Positions 1 through 8,332 of a stretch of DNA of 64,000 bases are shown one piece after another (within the stretch, counting starts at the first letter, position 1; every line of letters begins with the position of its first letter). The stretch covers positions 208,043 to 272,042 of the forward strand of contig CBFGTS010000006.1 of NCBI GenBank assembly GCA_965652295.1, written 5' to 3'. Under the pieces are notes generated by a model. The model was not told where the DNA came from. It searched no databases and saw only the letters and a list, made by a program, of their open reading frames with translations. Origin of the DNA: an uncultured Haloferula sp. GTDB lineage: Bacteria; Verrucomicrobiota; Verrucomicrobiia; Verrucomicrobiales; Akkermansiaceae. The position numbers and the translations under genes are program-made.

Positions 1-47
1 CGAAATGCATTCTTAACGATTTCAGACAATACCGAGCCAAGAATATG

Positions 48-70
48 CCCGTGATTATTATTATCACGGG
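48..70. promoter_or_regulatory. Palindrome containing a Fur-box-like 7-1-7 core (TGATTAT-T-ATTATCA)
   Basis: CCCGTGAT-TATTATT-ATCACGGG. The core has one mismatch to the canonical TGATAAT-N-ATTATCA. The target gene would lie off-window; it could instead be a hairpin downstream of menB. Confidence 0.4.
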
Positions 71-207
71 ATCCTCCGGAATTTCGAAAGTCCGGGATGC
101 GTCCGCCCGGGAAAGCCAAACGACCGCTCCGAGGATCACCTCGAAGCGGCCGCGGAAAGCTCCGGTTCAGTAACGCGTCAAAATATCCAACAGCTGCGCG
201 CCGCCGT

Positions 208-1023
208 TCAGGGCACCCTGGGGAACTTCGAAAAGTCGGGCTTGCGCTTTTCGACGAAGGCGTTTTTCCCCTCCTTCGCCTCCTCGCTCATGTAGTAGAG
301 CAGAGTGGCGTTTCCGGCGAGGTCGAGGAGACCCATCTGCCCGTCGCAGTCGGCGTTGAGGCACGCTTTGAGACAACGCAGCGCGAGCGGCGAGTGGGCG
401 AGCATCTCGCGGCACCATTGAAGGGTTTCCGCTTCAAGTCTTTCGAGCGGCACCACGGTATTCACGAGTCCCATCTCCAAGGCTTGTTGGGCGTCGTACT
501 GACGGCACAAATACCAAATCTCCCGAGCTTTTTTCTGACCGACGATCCGGGCCAGATAGCTGGAGCCCAGCCCACCATCGAAAGACCCCACCTTCGGTCC
601 TGTCTGACCGAAGCGTGCGTTGTCGGCGGCGATGGTTAGGTCGCACACGACGTGCAGCACATGACCGCCGCCGATGGCATAGCCCGCCACCATCGCCACC
701 ACCGGCTTGGGCATCTGGCGGATCTTCTTCTGGACGTCGAGGATGTTGAGGCGAGGCACGCCGTCATCGCCGACGTAGCCGGCATGGCCGCGCACCTTCT
801 GGTCACCGCCGGAGCAGAACGCCTTGTCGCCCTCGCCCGTCAGCACCACCACTCCGACCTGCGGGTCCTCGTGCGCGAGTTCGAACGCGATGAGCATCTC
901 CTTCACGGTCTGAGGCCGGAAGGCGTTGCGCACCTCCGGCCGATTGATGGTGATCTTGGCAATCTGCCCCTCATCCGTCGTCTCGTAGCGGATGTCCTCG
1001 AATTCACGCACTGCGGTCCACAT
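208..1023 (-). CDS. menB: 1,4-dihydroxy-2-naphthoyl-CoA synthase
   Basis: Crotonase fold: [37 protein letters not shown]-terminal [14 protein letters not shown]. Confidence 0.97.
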   Translation of the reverse strand: MWTAVREFEDIRYETTDEGQIAKITINRPEVRNAFRPQTVKEMLIAFELAHEDPQVGVVVLTGEGDKAFCSGGDQKVRGHAGYVGDDGVPRLNILDVQKKIRQMPKPVVAMVAGYAIGGGHVLHVVCDLTIAADNARFGQTGPKVGSFDGGLGSSYLARIVGQKKAREIWYLCRQYDAQQALEMGLVNTVVPLERLEAETLQWCREMLAHSPLALRCLKACLNADCDGQMGLLDLAGNATLLYYMSEEAKEGKNAFVEKRKPDFSKFPRVP

Positions 1024-1040
1024 GGTGGCCGGAGTGTGGC

Positions 1041-1772
1041 TTAGGAAACGGACCGCTCAAGGAATTCCCCCACGATGCGGGGAAAGTCCGCGCTCTCCCA
1101 CGGCACGCGGTGGCCGGCTCCGGGGGCGATCCACGACTCGAAGCCGCCGCACGCCATCGCACGCGCGGCAAGCGTGCGGAACTTCGCGTCCTTTTCTCCC
1201 GCGACCCACAATACCGGGCATGCGATCTTTCCCAGCCGGTCCCACAGAGGCTCCTGCACGCCCAGCGACCAGTCCATGAAACTCCGCGCCACCGCGCCGC
1301 GACGCGTTTCCAGCGGGCGGCGGTCCGGCATGGCGAGCCCTTCGTTCCCTTCACGCTTCAAAACACCCTGCCCATCCCATGCCTCCAGAAAATCCCGCCA
1401 GTCTCCCTTGAGCGCCTTCGCCGCCCATGCCGCATCGTGTTTCCGGCGGGCGGCCTTTTCCCGCTCCTCCTCCAGCCCGGCGTGGGCCGAAACGATCACC
1501 GCCGCATCCCACGGACCGCCCGCAAGCAGCGCATGCAGTGCCAGCCGTCCACCCATCGAGTAGCCGAGCAGAACATTCCGCGCTCCGCACTCCGCACTCC
1601 GCGCTCGTTCCGCCTCTTCGTTGAGCGCTCCGCCGAAAGCCGGCATCGACATCGGGCAGCAGTCGAGGAAACGCCAGAGATCGACCCGTTTCACCGCCCA
1701 TCCCGGAACCGACAGCCCGCGCCAGTCCGCCGCCATCCCGACCGCTCCGTGCAGGCACCAGATCGACTTCAT
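1041..1772 (-). CDS. menH: Alpha/beta hydrolase, MenH (SHCHC synthase)-like
   Basis: CLHG oxyanion motif, GYSMGG nucleophile elbow, GEKD and GAGH. Adjacent to menB. ATG overlaps the upstream stop (TGATG). Confidence 0.72.
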   Translation of the reverse strand: MKSIWCLHGAVGMAADWRGLSVPGWAVKRVDLWRFLDCCPMSMPAFGGALNEEAERARSAECGARNVLLGYSMGGRLALHALLAGGPWDAAVIVSAHAGLEEEREKAARRKHDAAWAAKALKGDWRDFLEAWDGQGVLKREGNEGLAMPDRRPLETRRGAVARSFMDWSLGVQEPLWDRLGKIACPVLWVAGEKDAKFRTLAARAMACGGFESWIAPGAGHRVPWESADFPRIVGEFLERSVS

Positions 1773-3916
1773 CAAGCAACGTGGCGGGCGATGACGCGGT
1801 CCAGCTCGCCGAGGGTCAGAGATTTCGTCAGGTAATCGTCCATTCCGGCAACGAGGGCGGCTTCACGGTCCTCGTTGAAGGCGTGGGCGGAGAGGCCGAC
1901 GATGACCCGGCGCCCCCCCTCCCTGCCACCTTCGGCCTCACGGATTCGGCGCGTCGTTTCCAAACCATCCATCCCGGGCATCTCAACATCCATCAGGATC
2001 AGGGAGCAATCCTCTCCACCGATCATTTCCAAAGCGTCAGCGCCGCTGCCCGCCTCCATGACCCGCAAGCCGCGCCGCTTGAACAGCGCGGAAAGCAAGG
2101 ACCGATTCACTTCGTTGTCGTCCACGATCAGCACGGCGCCTTGCAGCGGACGGAGTTCGCCCGCCGCCTCGGACCCCGTTTCCGCGAAGTCGGCAGCGCC
2201 GTTGGCCGCGGGCAGATCGATCTCGAAGAAGAACGTACTGCCCGATCCCGGCCGACTGTCGAAATCGATCCTGCCGCCCATTTGATCCACCAAGCGTCTG
2301 CAAATCGCGAGGCCGAGGCCGGTACCCTCGAACGAGCGCGAACTTGAACGGTCGAGCTGGCTGAAGGGCTGGAACAGCAGCTCTTTCGCACCGGAATCGA
2401 TGCCGATCCCGGTATCGGTCACCTCGAAGCGGATCACGCTACCCGCGGTGGCTCCCACGTGGACGGTCACGCCGCCACTCGGCGTGAACTTGATCGCATT
2501 CCCCACGAGGTTGAAGAGCACCTGCCGGACTCGCCCGGCATCTCCTGTCACCCGCGCCGGCACGTTGCGATCGACGGAGCAATCCAGCGCGAGCCCTTTC
2601 GTCCCGGCAGCGGTGGAAAGCAGGTCGATCACCTCACGGGCGACGTCTTCCGGCGAGAACTCGTCCCGCCGGAGCGTCGCGGCCCCCGCTTCGAGCCGGG
2701 AAAAATCAAGGATGTCGTTGAGCAGCGTGAGCAGGTGGTCGCCGCAGCGCTTGACGATGCTGATGTGGCGCTCCTGCTCCTCCGACAAGCCGCTCTGGCG
2801 GAGCAGCTCGGCGTAACCGAGGATGCCGTGCAACGGCGTGCGGATCTCGTGGCTCATGGCGGCGACGAAGTCACTTTTCACCCGCGTGGCCATCTCCGCA
2901 TCCTTGCGTGCGGCCACCTCCACAGCTTCCGAGCGGCGGATCTGAAGGTAGGAAAAGCCGAACCACGCACCCAGTAGCAGCACGCCGCCGGAAAACACCA
3001 TCAGCATGAAGCCGGACAAGCGGTGGAGACTCGCCAAGTGGCGGTCCTTTTCCGTGGAAAACACCAACCCCAGCGGCTCACCCGCGAGACTCAGCGGGTT
3101 GAAAACCGAAATCACCTCCCGCTCGTCAGGGAAGGCCACCGTGTGCTCACGCATGCCTTCCAGGCCGTCGTTCATCAGGCGCTTGAAGTGCCGAAGGCAG
3201 CCCGGAGACACTTGGAAAGCGCTCCTCCGCGGATCGAGGGGATGGCGGATGAGATCCGGCCGCGAGTTCGCATCGAGCGCCCAGATCCATAGCTCCGACT
3301 GCCCCATCATGTAGCTTTCCAGCCCCGCTCCGAGAAAATCCCGGTGGCGGATGACCAGCTCGGCACCGGCCACCGGGGAATGGACACCGGCGGGAAGCCA
3401 CTCCGAGATCACGATGAAGTCGCCGCGCCGCGACACGCTGGAAGACCTCCTGGGAGGATGCTTGCTGCCGCCGGATGGCAACTCCGAGACGCTCAGGTAG
3501 TTCCCCGGCAGGATCTCGATGGCCATGGTTTTCCCCGAACGAAGTTCCACCTCGATCCGCTCCAGCGAATCCTGGTGACGCGCGAAAAACCGCCTCACCA
3601 TCGCCTGGTTGCGATGCCCGAGATCGGGCAGCCCATCATTCCCAAAGTAGCTGGCAAAGGCGTCGAGCGAGGCCAGCAGGCGGAAGTCGTCCCGCAAGCC
3701 GTCGAACTGGCTCTCAAGATGGCGTGAAGCCCCCGCGGTGAAACTCTGCAGGCGCGTGGTGGCGGCGTGCGTTTCCCTCCGTATGATCCGGCGGGAAAAG
3801 ACCATTGTCACGGAAACGAACAGCAGCGAGACCGCCAGCACATGCCACAGGGAGATCGGGCTGATCCATTGCAGGAAACGCCCGGCGGTGCCCCGCACTT
3901 CCCGCTCCGATCTCAT
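1772..3916 (-). CDS. Hybrid sensor histidine kinase/response regulator with two TM helices and a periplasmic domain
   Basis: H-box MSHEIRTPL, N-box NLVGNAIKFT, DTGIGI, GTGLGL, C-terminal REC (ILMDVEMPGMDG). Start chosen at the ATGA overlap with the upstream gene. Confidence 0.92.
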   Translation of the reverse strand: MRSEREVRGTAGRFLQWISPISLWHVLAVSLLFVSVTMVFSRRIIRRETHAATTRLQSFTAGASRHLESQFDGLRDDFRLLASLDAFASYFGNDGLPDLGHRNQAMVRRFFARHQDSLERIEVELRSGKTMAIEILPGNYLSVSELPSGGSKHPPRRSSSVSRRGDFIVISEWLPAGVHSPVAGAELVIRHRDFLGAGLESYMMGQSELWIWALDANSRPDLIRHPLDPRRSAFQVSPGCLRHFKRLMNDGLEGMREHTVAFPDEREVISVFNPLSLAGEPLGLVFSTEKDRHLASLHRLSGFMLMVFSGGVLLLGAWFGFSYLQIRRSEAVEVAARKDAEMATRVKSDFVAAMSHEIRTPLHGILGYAELLRQSGLSEEQERHISIVKRCGDHLLTLLNDILDFSRLEAGAATLRRDEFSPEDVAREVIDLLSTAAGTKGLALDCSVDRNVPARVTGDAGRVRQVLFNLVGNAIKFTPSGGVTVHVGATAGSVIRFEVTDTGIGIDSGAKELLFQPFSQLDRSSSRSFEGTGLGLAICRRLVDQMGGRIDFDSRPGSGSTFFFEIDLPAANGAADFAETGSEAAGELRPLQGAVLIVDDNEVNRSLLSALFKRRGLRVMEAGSGADALEMIGGEDCSLILMDVEMPGMDGLETTRRIREAEGGREGGRRVIVGLSAHAFNEDREAALVAGMDDYLTKSLTLGELDRVIARHVA

Positions 3917-4962
3917 CGGTTCAGGGAAAAGGCAAGAAGCCGCCAGTTGAGATTCCTGATCCGCCGGACGCGGACTTTCCACTCCCGGTCGTCGAGCCGC
4001 AGCAAGGCCTCGGAGCGGGCGGAGCCTCCGTCAACCAACACTTCGGCCGCCAGCCGCCGGATCGGCAACGAGCTGCTCTTGCAAAGATTGTATTGATCCG
4101 AGCGGAAGGTGTCCGAGCGCACCGTATCGACGTAGCGATGGCTCTTCAGTGGCGGGAGGCGCAGCACCTGCACCAGTGCCGCACCGGTCGCCACGACCGT
4201 GCCATCGTCCGTCAACAGCAGGCAGAAACGGTTGTCGCCTTCGAAGTCGAGACCACGCACCAGCGTCTCGATGGTGATGTCGAGCCCCGCCACGCCCTGC
4301 AGGTCGTTCCCGGTATAAACGGGAGCCACACACGAGACCATCCAACCCCGGCCGGCGGGATCGACGTACGGTTGCTTGACCCACACCGGAACCCGCGCCG
4401 GATTGTGGGCCTGATCCGCCAGGTAGTAGAAGTTGTAATCCTCCATCTTCATGCCCGGCGGATACTGCATCACCACGTCGAAGGGCGGGTAGATGCGGTT
4501 GAAGCTATGACGATCGTTGTAGTAGGCTTGGACCACCTGCTCGTTCTCCTCCACCGCACGCTTCAGGGCGGGATCCGCCGCCTCGGTGGCATGGACCACG
4601 CGGAGAATCTCCTCGTTCACCGGCACTACTCCGGACACGAAGACGGCGGAATCGCGGTTCGCGACCGCGGTGGGCCGGTGCAGCGTGCCATTTTCCTCCA
4701 GCACGTAGGCCGAGGGATCGGCCCGGGCGGCGAGTTCATCGAGGTTCCCGTAGATGCCGCGGATCTCCGCCGCCAGCGCGGCACATTCGGCCTCGGCCCG
4801 CATCACACCGCCCTCCAGCTTGACCGCCAGGGCATCCAGGCGGGAAAACGGCGGCTCCGATGCCTCGTCGCTCCCCCGGCACCCTGATGCCACGAGCGCA
4901 CCCAGAACCACCCCGAGGAGGGTCGCGCTACGGCGTGCTGTCGTGACGACTCCTGGCTTCAT
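3913..4962 (-). CDS. Cache-domain sensory lipoprotein with no kinase domain
   Basis: Hydrophobic N-terminus with lipobox ASGC; dCache-like segment FYYLAD...VWVKQPYVDPAGRGWMVSCVAPVY...GVAGLDITI. Confidence 0.75.
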   Translation of the reverse strand: MKPGVVTTARRSATLLGVVLGALVASGCRGSDEASEPPFSRLDALAVKLEGGVMRAEAECAALAAEIRGIYGNLDELAARADPSAYVLEENGTLHRPTAVANRDSAVFVSGVVPVNEEILRVVHATEAADPALKRAVEENEQVVQAYYNDRHSFNRIYPPFDVVMQYPPGMKMEDYNFYYLADQAHNPARVPVWVKQPYVDPAGRGWMVSCVAPVYTGNDLQGVAGLDITIETLVRGLDFEGDNRFCLLLTDDGTVVATGAALVQVLRLPPLKSHRYVDTVRSDTFRSDQYNLCKSSSLPIRRLAAEVLVDGGSARSEALLRLDDREWKVRVRRIRNLNWRLLAFSLNR

Positions 4963-5315
4963 GCATCGGGCAGGTGTTTCTCCAGAATGGCCTCCGCCTC
5001 GTCAAGCTGCCGCGCCAGCCACTCCAGCTCGGAGGGTGCCGGGGCTCGGCCGTTCGCGGCATCGGCCTCAAGGCGGGCGAAGCCTGCGGCGAGGCTTGTC
5101 AGGCCGAGCGACGCAGAAGCTCCCTTCAGCTTGTGGGCCAGCTTCGGGATCGTCGCCATCGGTGCCCGGGCGGAGAGCTGCTGCAGACCCTCGCGCGTCT
5201 GCATGAGGTACTTCCCCCAGATCGGGCGCAGCTCCGGGCCGATCATTTCCACGAGGGCTTCCAGCATCCTCTCATCCACTTCCCCCGCCGACCGCTCTTC
5301 GCTCCTATCCGACAT
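4959..5315 (-). CDS. Hpt phosphotransfer protein
   Basis: AHKLKGASASLG motif in a 118-aa helical protein. Confidence 0.88.
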   Translation of the reverse strand: MSDRSEERSAGEVDERMLEALVEMIGPELRPIWGKYLMQTREGLQQLSARAPMATIPKLAHKLKGASASLGLTSLAAGFARLEADAANGRAPAPSELEWLARQLDEAEAILEKHLPDA

Positions 5316-5330
5316 CCAATCAAGATCCTG

Positions 5331-6701
5331 CTAGAATTTCGCTTCCCGCAACTGGTGGCGGTCCAGCATGTTGTAAACGGTGCGCAGGCTGACGCCGAGC
5401 GTCTTGGCCGCGCGACGGCGGTTGCCCTTGACCGCCCTCAGCGTCTGAACGAGAGCCTCGCGCTCAAGCTCGCGCAGCCGGTTCTGCTCGCGCTCGGCCA
5501 GCGAACCACTGAGCTGCGCACTCCAGATTTTTTGTTTCTCCTCCAGCTCGCGCGCGGTGATCGGGCCATCTTCCCGGTCCGTCATCACCTCGGAGATGGA
5601 AAGGGACATCTCTTCCAGATTTCCCGGCCACGCGTGGTCGGCGATCCACTCCTGCGCCGGGCGATCGAGCGCCGGCCGTCGGATCCGGTGGCGGATGCAA
5701 TGCTCCGCGAGCCGGAATTCCCATAGGTTCACCAGGTCCTGGGAGCGCTCGCGCAGCGGCGGCAGGGCGAGGTGAAGAATGGACAGCATGTAAACGAGAT
5801 CGGCATCCAGTTCGGCGGTCCCGAGCAGATCGCGCAGCGTGCGCTCGCTGTGCACGATAACCCGGCAGGCGTCCGCCACCGCCGGCTGCTTGAGTGCGGC
5901 GAGCAGGCGTCGCTGGCAGATCTCCGGCAGCGCTTCCAGCCGGCGCAGCATCAGCGTGGAGGGCTGCCGCGCGTTCATGATGCCGGGAAGCCTCGTGACG
6001 AGCACGCCGGAGCCGGCGGCCGTCATTTCCCCGCCGAAGACACGGGCCATGAACTCCGCCGGCGGCACGACCGAGCAATCGAGTTCCAGCCAGCTGTCCG
6101 GCCCACCACCGGCCGCCTCGTGCAGCTGCATCGCCAGCCGGGATTTTCCCGTCCCCGCTTCGCCCTCGATGAAGACCGGCCTGCGGCTTCCGGACGCCTG
6201 GCGGAAGAGCTCCGCCACGCGCAGCATCGAGGGGGAGGCCCATGCAAAGCCGTCGTGACAAAGTCCGCTTTCCTCCGAAGCGGAGCCATCCACGAGCCGG
6301 GTCACCTTTTCGAAGAAACCTTCCGGATCGAATGGCTTCACCACGTAATCGACCGCTCCGCCCTTCATCGCCCGCACCGCATCGTCCGCGCAATCGCGAG
6401 CGGTGAGCACCACGCAGGGCAACCGCGGAAATCGATCCCGCACCCGCTTCAAAACCTCATGGCCGTCACAATCCGGCAGTCCCAGATCCAGCACCATCAC
6501 ATCCCACGGGCATTCGCCACCAGCGGCCTCGAAAGCCAGGTTCACCTGCTCACCGCACTCCATCACCAGCGGCTCGAAGCCGAAATGGCGCGAGGTCTGG
6601 AACAGCAGGTCGGCGGAAATCGGATCGTCCTCCACGATCGCCATCCGTCCGAGGCGCAAGGGAAGCCTGCCTCCGCTTTCTTGGATTGGAATCTTCCTCA
6701 T
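5331..6701 (-). CDS. NtrC/Fis-family response regulator (REC-AAA+-HTH) with a degenerate sigma54-interaction motif
   Basis: REC (IVEDD, VLDLGLPD), Walker A GEAGTGKS, LPPLRER, WPGNLEEM, Fis HTH GNRRRAAKTLGVSLRTVY. No GAFTGA. Start uncertain (6701 or 6644). Confidence 0.85.
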   Translation of the reverse strand: MRKIPIQESGGRLPLRLGRMAIVEDDPISADLLFQTSRHFGFEPLVMECGEQVNLAFEAAGGECPWDVMVLDLGLPDCDGHEVLKRVRDRFPRLPCVVLTARDCADDAVRAMKGGAVDYVVKPFDPEGFFEKVTRLVDGSASEESGLCHDGFAWASPSMLRVAELFRQASGSRRPVFIEGEAGTGKSRLAMQLHEAAGGGPDSWLELDCSVVPPAEFMARVFGGEMTAAGSGVLVTRLPGIMNARQPSTLMLRRLEALPEICQRRLLAALKQPAVADACRVIVHSERTLRDLLGTAELDADLVYMLSILHLALPPLRERSQDLVNLWEFRLAEHCIRHRIRRPALDRPAQEWIADHAWPGNLEEMSLSISEVMTDREDGPITARELEEKQKIWSAQLSGSLAEREQNRLRELEREALVQTLRAVKGNRRRAAKTLGVSLRTVYNMLDRHQLREAKF

Positions 6702-7098
6702 TTCGTTGCCAGGCGCAGCCCCCCGCCGGTGTGCGCGCAGAGGTTGGAGGAGAAAAAGAGTGCTCGGAGCAAGGGCCGACCCTGCATTCCATGGTAACTG
6801 CCGCGTTACATTGCTCTGCCGGCCATCCCTCCCTCCCCCTCGGGGATGCAAATTCTGCACGTTCCCGACCATCATTCCGTCGATTTTCCCGGCATGTGTC
6901 TCCACCCTGACAAAGCCGCTCGGGGGGGCGGCACGCTGCTGTCAAAGCAGCCAAGGGACCTCAGGGTCCCTGGTAAGAGCGTGGCCGGGTAGCACAATCG
7001 AGCAGCGGTTTTGAAAGCTGCCATTGGGGGAAGCTACCCGGCCGCCTGCCCCCTCCCGACCGTTTGACAGCACCTCGCCGCGCGGCACCTTAGCCGCC

Positions 7099-8241
7099 AT
7101 GCGCGCCATCCTGACCGTCCTGCTGTGCCTGCCCCTCGCCGCCGAAACGACCACCCGGGTCGTCGCCGAGGGCTTCGAGCGTCCGGTATGGATCGGCGCG
7201 CCGCCGGACGACCGCGACCACCTCTGGGTCGTGGAGCAGGCGGGAAAGATCTGGAAGCTCGATGCGCGGACCGGCGAAAAGGCCAACTCGCCGGTGCTCG
7301 ATATTTCCTCCCGCGTCAGCCGCCGCGGAAACGAAGAAGGTTTGTTAGGTCTGGCATTCCCGGCCGATTTCGCCACCAGCGGCCGGTTCTACATCAACTA
7401 CACCGGCAACGACGAAACCACTTACATCCAGCGGATCCACGCCCGCGGACCGGAATTCGATGCGGTGGACGACTCGAAATCCGAGACCCTTTTCGAGTTC
7501 AAGCAACCCTGGCGGAACCACAACGGCGGCTGGCTCGGCTTCGGGCCCGATGGCTACCTCTACGTCGGCACCGGCGATGGCGGCGCGGCCAACGATCCCC
7601 ACGGCAACGGCCAGAAACTCGACACCCTGCTCGGCAAGCTGCTGCGCGTCGATGTTTCGCCCGAACGCTCGATCAAGATCCCTCCGGACAACCCCTTCGT
7701 GGGCCGCGAGGGCGCGCTCGGCCACATCTGGGCCTACGGCCTGCGCAATCCGTGGCGTTGTTCGTTCGATCGAAAAACCGGTGACCTCTGGATCGGCGAT
7801 GTCGGTCAGAACCGCTGGGAGGAAATCAACTTCGTCCCTGCCGACGAAGGCTCCGGTGCCAACTTCGGCTGGCGGCAGCGCGAGGGCAACCGCAAGACCC
7901 CCGGCGTCGGCGGTGCCAGACCAGAGGGGGCGATCGATCCCGTTTACGTCTACGACCACGGCACCGGCCCGCGCGACGGTCTCTCAGTCACCGGTGGATA
8001 CGTTTACCGCGGGCCGATCCGGGAACTCCAGGGACGGTATATCTTCGCCGACTACCAGAACCGCCGTATCTGGTCGTTCGTCCTGAAAGCCGGCAAGACC
8101 TCCGATTTCCAGGACCACACCGACGACTGGCAACCGCAGAACCACCGCATCGGCCTTGTCTCCTCCTTCGGCGAAGATCCCGACGGCCACCTTTATTTCA
8201 CCTGTCTTGAAGGCACGGTCATGAAAGTCATCGAGCAGTGA
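7099..8241 (+). CDS. PQQ-dependent sugar dehydrogenase (glucose/sorbosone dehydrogenase family)
   Basis: Signal peptide; EEGLLGLAF, NHNGGWLGFGPDGYLYVGTGDGG, IPPDNPF, AYGLRNPWRCSFD, GDVGQNRWEEIN. Confidence 0.9.
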   Translation: MRAILTVLLCLPLAAETTTRVVAEGFERPVWIGAPPDDRDHLWVVEQAGKIWKLDARTGEKANSPVLDISSRVSRRGNEEGLLGLAFPADFATSGRFYINYTGNDETTYIQRIHARGPEFDAVDDSKSETLFEFKQPWRNHNGGWLGFGPDGYLYVGTGDGGAANDPHGNGQKLDTLLGKLLRVDVSPERSIKIPPDNPFVGREGALGHIWAYGLRNPWRCSFDRKTGDLWIGDVGQNRWEEINFVPADEGSGANFGWRQREGNRKTPGVGGARPEGAIDPVYVYDHGTGPRDGLSVTGGYVYRGPIRELQGRYIFADYQNRRIWSFVLKAGKTSDFQDHTDDWQPQNHRIGLVSSFGEDPDGHLYFTCLEGTVMKVIEQ

Positions 8242-8332
8242 TCCCCTGAACAGGGGAAATTGATGCATTGAGGCGCTTTTATCTCCTCATGGTGCGGACC
8301 CGTCCGGTAAGGGACCGGTAATCCCCACCACG

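Noticed and set aside
8242..8290. TCCCCTG-AA-CAGGGGA hairpin and TGAGG...CCTCA repeat upstream of the giant gene
   Set aside because: The loop is too short, there is no U-tract, and it does not match the recurring motifs; function cannot be supported.
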